A stretch of 64,000 bases of DNA from Candidatus Buchananbacteria bacterium RIFCSPLOWO2_01_FULL_39_33 (GTDB lineage: Bacteria; Patescibacteriota; Patescibacteriia; 2-01-FULL-39-33), in the NCBI GenBank assembly GCA_001817505.1, contig MHIM01000028.1, positions 383 to 64,382 on the forward strand, given 5' to 3'. The position numbers were made by a program, and so were the translations under genes. Below the pieces are notes generated by a model, which saw nothing but the letters and a program-made list of their open reading frames with translations, was not told the origin of the DNA and did no database searches. Positions within the stretch are counted from its first letter, which is position 1, and every line of letters starts with the position of its first letter. Shown in pieces: positions 36,429 to 46,320 of the stretch.

Positions 36429-37100
36429 TTGACCTTTATGAGCATTAATGGAATAATAAATTATAGGAAACGAATAATTTTAATTTCTGCAGTTTCTTTT
36501 TTAATTATTTTAGCTATTATTGCTGTTGTACGTTTTGGCTTGGGTGGTCCAGAAGATACTTGGCTCTGCGAAAACGGCGTTTGGGTCAAGCATGGCCAGC
36601 CCTCAAAACCGGCTCCTTTAACCGGTTGCGGCCAACTCAAAACAATTGCCAATTTTGAAGAATGCGCTGCTCTGGGCCAGCCGATTAGTGAAAGCTATCC
36701 CAGACAATGCCGTTATAACGGTCAAATTTTTACCGAAGACATTGGCAATGAACTTTTAAAGACCGATTTGATCAGGATCAGTAATCCTCGACCGAACCAA
36801 AAAATCTCCAGTCCTTTAACTATTACCGGCCAAGCCAGGGGCAACTGGTTTTTTGAAGCCAGTTTTCCGATTGATCTTTATGATGGCAATAATAATTTGT
36901 TGGGCACTGCCATTGCCCAGGCCCAGAGCGAATGGATGACAACCGATTTTGTGCCTTTCACGGCTCAATTGAAATTCGGCCAGCCCAGCCTTGAAAAGGG
37001 ATTGTTGATTTTAAGAAAAGACAACCCTTCCGGCTTAGCTGAAAATGATGAACAATTAATTGTACCGGTAAAGATAAGCAATCAGTCTACTACAAATTAA
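36429..37100 (+). CDS. Secreted/anchored protein with a probable Gmad2-type Ig-like domain
   Basis: N-terminal TM helix. The C-terminal pattern GNWFFEASFPIDLYDG...LILRKDNPSGL...LIVPVKI resembles the Gmad2/GerM-associated Ig-like domain. Confidence 0.45.
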   Translation: MTFMSINGIINYRKRIILISAVSFLIILAIIAVVRFGLGGPEDTWLCENGVWVKHGQPSKPAPLTGCGQLKTIANFEECAALGQPISESYPRQCRYNGQIFTEDIGNELLKTDLIRISNPRPNQKISSPLTITGQARGNWFFEASFPIDLYDGNNNLLGTAIAQAQSEWMTTDFVPFTAQLKFGQPSLEKGLLILRKDNPSGLAENDEQLIVPVKISNQSTTN

Positions 37101-37112
37101 TTTACCAATAAT

Positions 37113-37892
37113 ATGAACGAAAAATTTCTTAATGAAAATAGAAGAAAAGAGTTGGAGATATCAGCGACCAGAGAAAGTTTTTTACCGGAGCACGAAGAAT
37201 TGGACGAACCAGTTGAAGTTAAGTCGCCATTGTCAGCGGCTGATTTTGCTCCTGAAAATAAACCAGCCGAGTTAGATTATTCTAAACCGCCCAAATTAGA
37301 ATTAGCTGATTTGTTAAATCGTGAAGGCGAGATAGTTGATTTTAGCCAAGCCAATGATTACCACCAATTAGTGGAAATGATTATGCGCGAAGGATCAATC
37401 ACCAATCAATTAGGCCAAGAACTGCCAGCTGAAACCGTCATTAATTTGATTTACAAGCTGACTTACCAGGATTTGAAAAATTATCAGAAAGCGGATTGGA
37501 CTAATATAACTTTGCGTCATAACCTGCGAGCAACTGTGGCCAAACTCATTGATGAATACAAAAAAACCGATGAATTCAAGGCCTTAGCTGGTTTGGATTT
37601 GAGCGCCGCTTCAACTATTGAGGAAGTGATTGATTTAATTAATCAGCCAGAAAAGTTAATTGATACCAGTGGCAATTTTATCGGCGCTAACGATATAATT
37701 AAATATATCAAAGACGGCCAACTGCATTTGCTACCCGAACCTATTCGTTTTAAGGTCATTGAAATAAATCGCCGGGCCAGTCAAGAATATATGGCTTTAA
37801 AAGAACAAACTCCCAAAGCATCACCACCGCCGAAATCATTTTTAGGCCGAATTGGCGGCGCTGTTGCCAAATTAAAATTTTGGAAAAAATAA
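37113..37892 (+). CDS. Hypothetical protein
   Basis: ORF only. Confidence 0.5.
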   Translation: MNEKFLNENRRKELEISATRESFLPEHEELDEPVEVKSPLSAADFAPENKPAELDYSKPPKLELADLLNREGEIVDFSQANDYHQLVEMIMREGSITNQLGQELPAETVINLIYKLTYQDLKNYQKADWTNITLRHNLRATVAKLIDEYKKTDEFKALAGLDLSAASTIEEVIDLINQPEKLIDTSGNFIGANDIIKYIKDGQLHLLPEPIRFKVIEINRRASQEYMALKEQTPKASPPPKSFLGRIGGAVAKLKFWKK

Positions 37893-37893
37893 A

Positions 37894-38601
37894 ATGATTA
37901 TGAGCCAGAAGCTTTTTATCCTGTTTTTATTTTTTTTGCCTTTGGCTACTCTTGCCTACCAGCCCAGATTGACCGTCAATCAAAATTATCTTGAGATATT
38001 AAAGCCGGAAACTTCCCAGGCCTTTTACGGGGAATTAAAGGGGCAATCGGCTGTCTATAAAATAAAATCAACTACTTCTTTTCGACTTTATCTGGGTTTG
38101 TTGGTCCCAGCCCTTGATAACGCCGACCAGGATTTTTCAGCCCGGGTCTATGTTAAAGATGAGTTAAGTAACTGGCAGATGATTTATTTCTTAGACGGTT
38201 TAAAAATGTCTTGGTTAAAATTCTATGAAGGTTTTACCAACGATGATTATCTTCGGGGCCCGGAATTGAAATCGGAAGAAGCTCTTAGCGATAAATTGAG
38301 AGGAGTGGAGATGGCCGCCGGCATTTATACTATTGAGGTTTTTAGTCCTGATAATTTAGGCCGCTACGTCTTGGTAGTCGGCGATCAAGAAGAACTGTCG
38401 GTTCAAGAGGCGATTGGCGCTTTAAGCATTCTGCCGGCAATAAAAAAAGATTTTTTTAATAAATCTCCTTTTTCAGCCCTATTCACTTGGCTGGCTTTTT
38501 ATCTGCTGCTCTTGGCTTTGGCTGTATTGCTGCCGATCATGGCTATAATAATTTTAATTTTTACCATCAGAAAAAAACGATACTTACAAAATAACCTTTA
38601 A
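37894..38601 (+). CDS. Hypothetical secreted protein with signal peptide and C-terminal TM anchor
   Basis: N-terminal LFILFLFFLPLATLA reads as a signal peptide. The C-terminus carries a hydrophobic anchor followed by RKKRY. Confidence 0.5.
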   Translation: MIMSQKLFILFLFFLPLATLAYQPRLTVNQNYLEILKPETSQAFYGELKGQSAVYKIKSTTSFRLYLGLLVPALDNADQDFSARVYVKDELSNWQMIYFLDGLKMSWLKFYEGFTNDDYLRGPELKSEEALSDKLRGVEMAAGIYTIEVFSPDNLGRYVLVVGDQEELSVQEAIGALSILPAIKKDFFNKSPFSALFTWLAFYLLLLALAVLLPIMAIIILIFTIRKKRYLQNNL

Positions 38602-40172
38602 TTTTGGCCCAAAATTATCAGAAAATCAGCTTGGGAGGCGATGGCTAGCGGCTGGCTTGAAGTCGGGGTGGTCTTATAGATTTTAGCCAGTTCGGTAGCG
38701 GTGGCCGGGTTCTTACCCTCGGACAAATCATAAATTATTGTTTTCAAATAGTCATGATTATTAGCATTAGCCACGTTGATGACTTCAAAGCCGCTTTCTT
38801 CCAAATTGATCTGCTGCTGGCCGGCTAAACCGGTTACCCAAGTGCCGTTTCTAATATCAATCGTTGCCCCTTCTTTTTTATAATCAATTATCGGCGTTAG
38901 CGGTAAGGTCTGGGCCGGTTCGGTTTCTGTTTTTGATTTGTTTGGAGTTTCGTCGCTAATCTGATTGGCGGCGTTTTCTTTTTTGGTTAGAGCGGCGGTT
39001 AAAGATTCGCTGACCGTACTGGTCAATATTTGACTGCCTGGGGCAGAAAAAATATTTTTCCACATAGCTCTGATTTCGCCATAACTACTGTCCTTAAGTA
39101 AAAGAACATAAGCGCCGTTGATGATTTGGGAATAAACAAAACCACTGGGCCCATCGGAGAGCGTCTGGCTGATTATTTTTGAGGTCTCAATGTTTTTGCC
39201 CAGCTGGACCAAACTCAGCATTTCCCAAATTTCCAAATTAGTGTGAATATGCTCGTTATAGGCATTGAGCAAGCTATTGATTTTTTTGGGATTAAAAAAT
39301 GTTTCAACCTTAAATATTTTTTCTTTAAGCGCTGCCAAAATTTTTTGTTGTCTTCTGGATCTGGCGAAATCCGAGCCCTCTAAGCCCAGCGCGTGCCGGG
39401 ATCGGGCGTATTTTAAAGCTAACTGGCCATCCATATGCTGCTGCCCCTTTTTAATATATAAATTTTCATACCTGTTTTCTATGGGGAAAACATATTCTTG
39501 GCCGCTAATCGGATATTGAGGATCAATTAAGTCCCTTTCCACTTCAATATCCACTCCGCCGAATTCATTAATCAGTTTTTCAAAGCCGGCAAAATCCACC
39601 GTAACGTAATAGTTTATCGGCGTATCTAAAAGTTCGCTTAGAGCCCGAGCCATTTCCCGACCACCGCTGCCGGCCTCTTTTTTTTCGGCGTAAGCGTTGA
39701 GAGCGTTTATTTTTAGCCAATCATAATTATTGGTTTTAAGGCTCAGGTCTCTGGGGATTGAAACCATAGCGACTTGTTGAGTGCTGGGTTTGAATGAACC
39801 TAAAATTATGGTGTCAGCCAAAGTGCCGCCTTCATGGTTTTGGCCGCCCATGCCAATGATCAGGATATTTATCCTGTCCTCATTTTCGCCAACCAGGTTC
39901 TTATTCCCCGAGCCCATTAATCTGCTCATTTGCTGAAGCAGATTTAATTTTGACAGGCTTTTAATCAGATTTTCATCGGAAAAAACCACTGAAGATGAAA
40001 AAACTGCCAGGACTATAATTGTTACAATAATAATGCTGGCAATTATCTTTTTGATCCTATCTCCTCTGACTGGCTGGTCAGGCGAGATCTTTTCCGTTAT
40101 TTTTTCTCCTGCACTGCCTTTTATTTTTACTTTATCCTCTACCGGTAAGAGATTGACCTTGACTTTTGTCAT
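38598..40172 (-). CDS. LytR-CpsA-Psr (LCP) family cell-envelope phosphotransferase with C-terminal LytR_C-like domain
   Basis: N-terminal TM helix. The LCP core motif is LYIKKGQQHMDGQLALKYARSRH...RSRRQQKIL. Confidence 0.85.
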   Translation of the reverse strand: MTKVKVNLLPVEDKVKIKGSAGEKITEKISPDQPVRGDRIKKIIASIIIVTIIVLAVFSSSVVFSDENLIKSLSKLNLLQQMSRLMGSGNKNLVGENEDRINILIIGMGGQNHEGGTLADTIILGSFKPSTQQVAMVSIPRDLSLKTNNYDWLKINALNAYAEKKEAGSGGREMARALSELLDTPINYYVTVDFAGFEKLINEFGGVDIEVERDLIDPQYPISGQEYVFPIENRYENLYIKKGQQHMDGQLALKYARSRHALGLEGSDFARSRRQQKILAALKEKIFKVETFFNPKKINSLLNAYNEHIHTNLEIWEMLSLVQLGKNIETSKIISQTLSDGPSGFVYSQIINGAYVLLLKDSSYGEIRAMWKNIFSAPGSQILTSTVSESLTAALTKKENAANQISDETPNKSKTETEPAQTLPLTPIIDYKKEGATIDIRNGTWVTGLAGQQQINLEESGFEVINVANANNHDYLKTIIYDLSEGKNPATATELAKIYKTTPTSSQPLAIASQADFLIILGQN

Positions 40173-40326
40173 TATTTTGGATAAATTTAATTTTCTGGTA
40201 GACGTTTTAGTTGACTCTTTTTCATTATATCTTATTACTTGAAATTTGCCAAGAGTTTATGTTATGGCAAGGTTTGCAAAATACTAATTTAACTGTTATA
40301 ATTTAATCAAATATTACCTTAAATAA

Positions 40327-40956
40327 GTGGATAATTTTTCTGACTACAATTCAAGCGCCGGCCAAGCTGATTCCGGCCTTCAGCGGCCGGGCCATCTTAG
40401 GAAAATCTTAGAATTTATCTGGGAGATGACCAAGATAACTTTTATTTCTTTAGTTATTATTTTACCGGTCAGGTATTTTCTAATTCAGCCGTTTTACGTT
40501 AAGGGCGCTTCTATGGAACCGAATTTTTATGATCACGAATATCTGATAATTGATGAGATAACTTATCGTTTAGGCGAGCCCCAAAGGGGTGATATCGTGG
40601 TTTTTAAATATCCTAAGGATCCCAGGCAGTTTTTTATCAAAAGAGTCATTGGCCTGCCGGGCGAAAGAGTTAAAATTGAGAACGGGCTGGTTTATATTAC
40701 TTCAGGCGGTCAAACCAATGTTTTAAATGAAGAATATCTGACTGACGGCCTTGAGACCAGATTGCCCATTAGCGGCTACGGGGAGGTAACCCTTAAAAAT
40801 GATGAGTATTACCTTTTAGGCGATAATCGCGATCAAAGCTTGGATTCCAGGGTGTTCGGCTCGGTTAAGAGGGATTACATTATTGGCCGAACTTGGCTGC
40901 GGGGCTGGCCTTTGACCCGGCTGACATTATTTAACGCGCCGGAATACGGCTTTTAA
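40327..40956 (+). CDS. lepB: Signal peptidase I
   Basis: KGASMEPNF carries the catalytic Ser; GDNRDQSLDSRVFG is box E; the catalytic Lys region is present. Confidence 0.9.
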   Translation: MDNFSDYNSSAGQADSGLQRPGHLRKILEFIWEMTKITFISLVIILPVRYFLIQPFYVKGASMEPNFYDHEYLIIDEITYRLGEPQRGDIVVFKYPKDPRQFFIKRVIGLPGERVKIENGLVYITSGGQTNVLNEEYLTDGLETRLPISGYGEVTLKNDEYYLLGDNRDQSLDSRVFGSVKRDYIIGRTWLRGWPLTRLTLFNAPEYGF

Positions 40957-40980
40957 TAAAAAAGCGCAGTTGTATTAATT

Positions 40981-42462
40981 ATGTTGAAAAAAAAGGCAAT
41001 AATTTCTCAAAAGTCCAATAAGACGGCAGAGAGGAAGACCGGCAAAGCGGTTAAAAAAATCCGTCGGGCGAAAAAAAATATCGCCACGGTTACCGGTATG
41101 CGCGATATTCTGCCCCAAGATCAAAAATACTGGGAGAAAGTTCGCCAGGTGGCCAAGCAAATTTCCATTGATTACGGCTATGACCGGATTGATACCCCGG
41201 TTTTGGAGTTGACTGAATTATTTGTCCGAGGCGTGGGAGCCCAGACGGACATAGTTGAAAAAGAAATGTTTTCTTTTACCGATCAAGGCGGCGACAATTT
41301 GGTTCTTCGTCCTGAATTCACGGCGGCGGCGGTTAGGGCCTATATCCAGCATGGCATGTTGAATCAAATTCAACCGGTTAAATTTTTTTACTTAGGCCCG
41401 CTTTTTCGGCACGAGAAACCACAATCCGGCCGCTATCGGCAGTTTTTTCAGTTTGGCTTTGAGGCCATTGGTGAAGAAAATCCGGCTTTAGACGCCCAAT
41501 TGATATTAATGGGCTGGAATTCTTTAAATGATTTAGGCATTGAATCGGTCATCCAAGTCAATAGCATTGGCTGTATGAGTTGCCGGGAGGAATACAAAAA
41601 AGTCCTGGTAAAATATTACAAAGCCAAGGCCAAACTTTTATGCGAGAGTTGTAAGACTAGGCTAACAAAAAATCCCCTGCGCCTTTTGGATTGCAAGGAA
41701 AGCGGCTGCCAAGAACTAAAAGACGACGCGCCCCAGATTTTGGATTATTTGGACGATAACTGCAAAGAGCATTTTATGAAAGTGGTTGGCTACCTTGATG
41801 AGTTGGATTTGCCTTATGTTTTAAATCCTTATATTGTCCGCGGCCTTGATTATTATAATCGGACGATCTTTGAATATTGGGCAATTGATGATGTTGAAGG
41901 CAAAAATGCTTTGGGCGGCGGCGGCCGATATGACGGTTTGGTAACTATGTTGGGCGGTCGGGAAGATACTCCGGCTTGCGGACTGGCCATGGGCTTAGAT
42001 AGAATAGTAGCCAAAATGAGAGAGAAGAACATTGAAGTGCCGGATAAAAGGGTGGATGTTTTTGTGGCCCAGCTCGGTGACGCGGCCAAAAAGAAAGCTA
42101 TGTTGATGTATGAAAATCTTCGGCCAAACGGCAGTTTTACCATTGCTCAGGCCTTTCATAAGGACAGCTTAAAGAAGCAATTGGAACTGGCTAATAAAAT
42201 GAAAGTGAAATTTACTCTCATTATCGGGCAGAAGGAAGTTGGCGAGGGGACAATTATGCTCAGGGATATGCAAGGCGGCGTGCAAGAAGTGATTGATTTC
42301 AATAAAATTGAAAAGGAATTAAAAAAACGCCTGGAGAAATATCGCGAGGGCGCAGTGATAGATTTGACAGCTGATGAGGAAGAAAAGGAGAGTAGCACCG
42401 AAATACCGGAAGAAGATGTTGCCGACCTTGGTGATTTAGGTGATGATTTAGCGGCCGTCTAG
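40981..42462 (+). CDS. hisS: Histidine--tRNA ligase with an internal Cys4 zinc-finger insertion and an acidic C-terminal tail
   Basis: MRDILPQDQKYWEKV...RPEFTAAAVRAY and GGGGRYDGL are class II HisRS motifs. The insertion is CMSCREEY...CESCKTRL...CKESGC. The start may instead be the internal MRDIL at 41098. Confidence 0.9.
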   Translation: MLKKKAIISQKSNKTAERKTGKAVKKIRRAKKNIATVTGMRDILPQDQKYWEKVRQVAKQISIDYGYDRIDTPVLELTELFVRGVGAQTDIVEKEMFSFTDQGGDNLVLRPEFTAAAVRAYIQHGMLNQIQPVKFFYLGPLFRHEKPQSGRYRQFFQFGFEAIGEENPALDAQLILMGWNSLNDLGIESVIQVNSIGCMSCREEYKKVLVKYYKAKAKLLCESCKTRLTKNPLRLLDCKESGCQELKDDAPQILDYLDDNCKEHFMKVVGYLDELDLPYVLNPYIVRGLDYYNRTIFEYWAIDDVEGKNALGGGGRYDGLVTMLGGREDTPACGLAMGLDRIVAKMREKNIEVPDKRVDVFVAQLGDAAKKKAMLMYENLRPNGSFTIAQAFHKDSLKKQLELANKMKVKFTLIIGQKEVGEGTIMLRDMQGGVQEVIDFNKIEKELKKRLEKYREGAVIDLTADEEEKESSTEIPEEDVADLGDLGDDLAAV

Positions 42463-42515
42463 CCAGTTGCTAAAATAACTAATAATATAATTCATAGAAA
42501 GCGAGGTGAACAAGA

Positions 42516-42758
42516 GTGGCTGAAGTTAAGAGAAAGAAGGGTGAAACCTTTGAAGCTTTAATTCGCAGGTTCAGCAAGAAAATTCAACAGAGCGGCAGAT
42601 TGATCCAATCCAGGAAAATTCGCTATTATAATCCTGAAAAAAATAAGACCGCTATCAGAGCGGCCGCCAAAAGAAGACAAGAAATAACTGCTAAACGGGA
42701 ATATTTGAAGAAAATTGGAAAATTAGTTGAAGAAAAAGAAAGAGACGGCCGAAGATAA
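42516..42758 (+). CDS. rpsU: 30S ribosomal protein S21
   Basis: MAEVKRKKGETFEALIRRFSKKIQQSGRL...YYNPEKNK matches S21. Confidence 0.9.
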   Translation: MAEVKRKKGETFEALIRRFSKKIQQSGRLIQSRKIRYYNPEKNKTAIRAAAKRRQEITAKREYLKKIGKLVEEKERDGRR

Positions 42759-42840
42759 TATTTAAGTGGCAAGTTTATCCTGTTAAGTAGGCAATTTATT
42801 ACCAAAATGCCGGCAGAATTTTTACTTAACAGGGTGAATA

Positions 42841-42895
42841 AAGTTTATAAAGTTCATAAAGTTGAAGAAATTATTTTTTGACTTTATGACTTCCT
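42841..42895. repeat. Second copy of the TAAAGTT-unit inverted-repeat family
   Basis: aagtttataaagttcataaagttgaag...gactttatgactt. Confidence 0.5.
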
Positions 42896-42913
42896 AAATT
42901 TTAATCTAAACCC

Positions 42914-43372
42914 ATGCCTTTAGCCAAGCAAATCAATAATGATTTTTTAACCGCTTTCAAGAATAAGCAAGATACAACTGTCTCGGTTTTAAGGTTGCTC
43001 AAAGCCGCTTTGACTAATAAAGAAATAGAAAAAAAATTGCCTAAGGGTGAAAATCTGGCTGATGACGATATCCTGGCGGTTATCAAATCGGAAGTAAAAA
43101 AGAGAAAGGACTCAATTGAAGCCTTTAAGCAGGGCCACAGAGATGATTTAGTCCAAAAAGAAGAAAAGGAATTGGCCATCTTGGAAAGATACCTGCCCAA
43201 ACAGCTGTCCGAAGAGCCAATCAGGGAAATTGTCAAGAAAGTTATTAGTGGTATTGGGGCGACTGCTTTAGCTGATTTTGGCCGGGTTATGGGATTAGTG
43301 ATGCTTCAAATTCAAGGCCGAGCTGACGGACAAGTTGTTTCAAAAATTGTTAAAGAAGAAATGGGAAAATAA
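42914..43372 (+). CDS. GatB/YqeY domain protein
   Basis: LRLLKAALTNKEIEK...ILAVIKSEVKKRKDSIEAFKQGHRDDLVQKEEKELAILERYLP matches the YqeY family. Confidence 0.85.
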   Translation: MPLAKQINNDFLTAFKNKQDTTVSVLRLLKAALTNKEIEKKLPKGENLADDDILAVIKSEVKKRKDSIEAFKQGHRDDLVQKEEKELAILERYLPKQLSEEPIREIVKKVISGIGATALADFGRVMGLVMLQIQGRADGQVVSKIVKEEMGK

Positions 43373-43399
43373 TATAAATTAAGCGTAAAATATATTATT

Positions 43400-46300
43400 A
43401 TGTTTGGGCTGCGACTTTTACCTATGCAGAAGTCAAGAATCGCCAAAAAAGTGCTATTGGCCAGCTTTTTGGCGATTTTTTTATTGATGATTCTACCCCA
43501 AGCCGGCTGGGCTCAAGTCACCGATAGCCGCTTTGGCTTAAGTGAAGCGTCAACTATTGGCCTGCCCCAAACTAATCTAATAACAGCCATTGTCAGAATC
43601 GTCCAGCTGCTCTTGGGTTTCTTAGGAATTATAGCGGTTATCATGGTGCTTTACGGCGGTTTTGTCTGGATGACTTCCGGCGGCGACCCGGCTAAAATTG
43701 AGAAAGCCAAAAAAATACTGATTAATACAATTATTGGTATAATTATCATCCTGTCATCATACATTATCACCGCTTTTATTATCAGGGCGTTGATGGGCTG
43801 GGGCGGCGGCGGTTGGGGGGATGGCGGCGGTGGCACTGATGATTTTGGCCGCTGGGGCATCGGTGTTGGTCCGATTGAAAGCGTTTATCCGGCGCCCGGA
43901 CAGGTTGATGTGCCGATTAATACGATAATCGCTGTCACTTTTAAAGAAAAGATCAATCCCCAGACAATCTGCGGCAGCTCGGCTTGCGATGGCCAAACCA
44001 AAATGGCCAATGTGGAAATTTGCCAGATTGACGATCATGGCGTTTGTGTTGATGAAGAAGAAGAATTTTCAACCAATGATTTCACTGACAGTTTGGTCAA
44101 AAGCGATGATAACCGAACCTTTACCATCATTCCCAATAAATATCTGGGACTGGAAGATTTCCAAGACCGGAGATTCAAGGTTGTTTTGCAATCAGGCATA
44201 GAAACTTTAGCCGAACCGGGTAAGTCGGTCTTCAACAGCTTGGTTGATAAAGAATACGCCTGGCAATTTATAACTAACGGCGAATTAGATCTTGATCCGC
44301 CAGAGATTATTGACTTAGTCGGCGTTTATCCTTATCCGGATGATGAGATTGATACTTATGGCATCTCGGCTGGACCGACTGCCACTAAATTTTTCGTCAG
44401 CTTAGAGGCCGATACTATCAAGAAAGAAATTCTATCAGCTTTTGACGCTACTGCTACCAAAGGAGCTGGGACTACTATAACTGGAACACTGACCGGGAAT
44501 TACGGCGGTACAGCTACCGGAGTGGCGACAGTTAGAATTGATTCCGGTACCGGAGAAGTAAAGACCACTTGGCCCGGTGAGATGGGAACATTTAATAGCG
44601 GTCAGTTTGATCCCACCGGCGCTACTTTAAATATCGGTCCCTATGGTTTGGTTTTCAATGTCAGCGGCGTAGTGGCTCGCGGCAATTCCTGGACTTTTAA
44701 TGTTGTCTCTCATCAAGTCGGCGATAAATTGGAAATAAAGTATAATAATGGCGTTATTAAGACCTATATTTTTGGCACTGATATCGCCGAGCCCGATGAT
44801 TTTGCCGATAAATTAATTGCTGATACCAATATATTTTCCGCTTGCGGAACTTATTGCCTCCAAACCAAGCAAACCGGTGTTGCTACCGCCAAGTATGATC
44901 TTAGTTATGTGGGCAGTGGCACTTTTACCATCACTAAAACCAATGGCCAGGATGAACAGCCCAACAGGCAGCCAAATGGTCAGCGCGATGTTTACCGCAA
45001 TACCATTATCCAGATTAATTTTAATGAGGCCATTAATCCCACAGCCGTCAAAGACAATATATTTATTATGAGAAGTGATCGGCTGATTGATTATGATATT
45101 CAAATATCCAACCAATATAAAACTCTGGAATTAGTCGCTTTGGAGCAATGCGGTCTAAACAGTTGCGGCGACGCCATATTTTGCTGGCCGATTGAAGGCA
45201 ATGCCCAAAAATACGCTATTAGAATCACAGCCGCGACCCTGATGTCTAAGAGCGATACTAAATGCTCGGCTTGGGGCGGAATTGACGACGGTCATGACCG
45301 TTGCGTTAAAGATGTTAATGGAGTGAAGGTTTTTTATCCTCTGGCTCCGACTGGTGATGGCCTGGTTGATATGAGCTTTAATTCTTTTAACGGCAGTTTC
45401 AATACTTATCTGAATAATGATAAAAATATTGGTCTAGCTGAAGGCAAGTCAGGAAATGGCAATAATCACTCTGGCCGACCGCATTATAATCTTAATTCAG
45501 GTATAAGCTGCGTTTTAGATGATGTTGCCGTCAATTGCGGCACGGCCAACTCCCGAGTAACCAGTTATGGCAATTCTACCCCGGTCTACGGAGTCAGCGG
45601 TTTTGGCGATGATTTTATTTGGTCTTTCTTCATTTCCAGTGAAATTGACAAGCAGGCGCCGCTGATTAAAACCGATTCGCCAGTGGGCGATGAAGATATA
45701 AATACTGCCACCGGCGATGTTGAATTTTATTTTGACCGCTTAATGCGCAGTTCAACCTTAAAGCCGGGCTGGAATTACGGTTCACTGGCTAAGGAAAAAT
45801 CAATTCGCTATCTTATTTTACAGACCATAACCGATAGCGCCTTGCCAGTCGGCTATTGGGCGCTCAAAGTTGACCAAGATGATAATTTTGACGGCTGGGC
45901 TGATTACACTTTGGCTAAATTACACCATAATGATTTTGATAGCGCGGTCAAATACGGACCCTTGGGCGGTTCGGGCTTGCAGTCAATAACCCAAAATTGC
46001 TTTTTACCCAGCGCCGGTCCCAAAGAAGCTGCCAGATCAGGCCAAGAGTGCGCTTATAACGGCGACGCCTTAGCTGCTGATTGCGCCGAAGTGGTCTCAA
46101 CTAATCCCGCTTCCTATGGCTATTTGAATTGTAATGAAATAACCGGTGCTAGCGAATGCGCCTATACCTGCAAAGTTTTGTATTATGATGCCAATAACAC
46201 CACCACTGATTTAGGCGGCAGCTGGGTCTTGACCAAAGATCACCCGACGGCGGTTAACGGCCAAACCGGCTGCTGTTTTGGCCTTTGCGTGGAAGAATAA
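43400..46300 (+). CDS. Large secreted surface protein (966 aa) with an N-terminal VirB2/TrbC-pilin-like domain, a Gly-rich linker, beta-rich Ig-like region and Cys-rich C-terminus
   Basis: A signal peptide (cleavage after AGWAQ) is followed by two hydrophobic helices with a short loop (IVRIVQLLLGFLGIIAVIMVLYGGFVWMTSGGDPAKIEKAKK). The pattern parallels VirB2 ICTFILGPFGQSLAVLGIVAIGISWMFG. A GWGGGGWGDGGGG linker follows. Confidence 0.8.
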   Translation: MFGLRLLPMQKSRIAKKVLLASFLAIFLLMILPQAGWAQVTDSRFGLSEASTIGLPQTNLITAIVRIVQLLLGFLGIIAVIMVLYGGFVWMTSGGDPAKIEKAKKILINTIIGIIIILSSYIITAFIIRALMGWGGGGWGDGGGGTDDFGRWGIGVGPIESVYPAPGQVDVPINTIIAVTFKEKINPQTICGSSACDGQTKMANVEICQIDDHGVCVDEEEEFSTNDFTDSLVKSDDNRTFTIIPNKYLGLEDFQDRRFKVVLQSGIETLAEPGKSVFNSLVDKEYAWQFITNGELDLDPPEIIDLVGVYPYPDDEIDTYGISAGPTATKFFVSLEADTIKKEILSAFDATATKGAGTTITGTLTGNYGGTATGVATVRIDSGTGEVKTTWPGEMGTFNSGQFDPTGATLNIGPYGLVFNVSGVVARGNSWTFNVVSHQVGDKLEIKYNNGVIKTYIFGTDIAEPDDFADKLIADTNIFSACGTYCLQTKQTGVATAKYDLSYVGSGTFTITKTNGQDEQPNRQPNGQRDVYRNTIIQINFNEAINPTAVKDNIFIMRSDRLIDYDIQISNQYKTLELVALEQCGLNSCGDAIFCWPIEGNAQKYAIRITAATLMSKSDTKCSAWGGIDDGHDRCVKDVNGVKVFYPLAPTGDGLVDMSFNSFNGSFNTYLNNDKNIGLAEGKSGNGNNHSGRPHYNLNSGISCVLDDVAVNCGTANSRVTSYGNSTPVYGVSGFGDDFIWSFFISSEIDKQAPLIKTDSPVGDEDINTATGDVEFYFDRLMRSSTLKPGWNYGSLAKEKSIRYLILQTITDSALPVGYWALKVDQDDNFDGWADYTLAKLHHNDFDSAVKYGPLGGSGLQSITQNCFLPSAGPKEAARSGQECAYNGDALAADCAEVVSTNPASYGYLNCNEITGASECAYTCKVLYYDANNTTTDLGGSWVLTKDHPTAVNGQTGCCFGLCVEE

Positions 46301-46320
46301 TTTTGAGCTAATTATTAACC

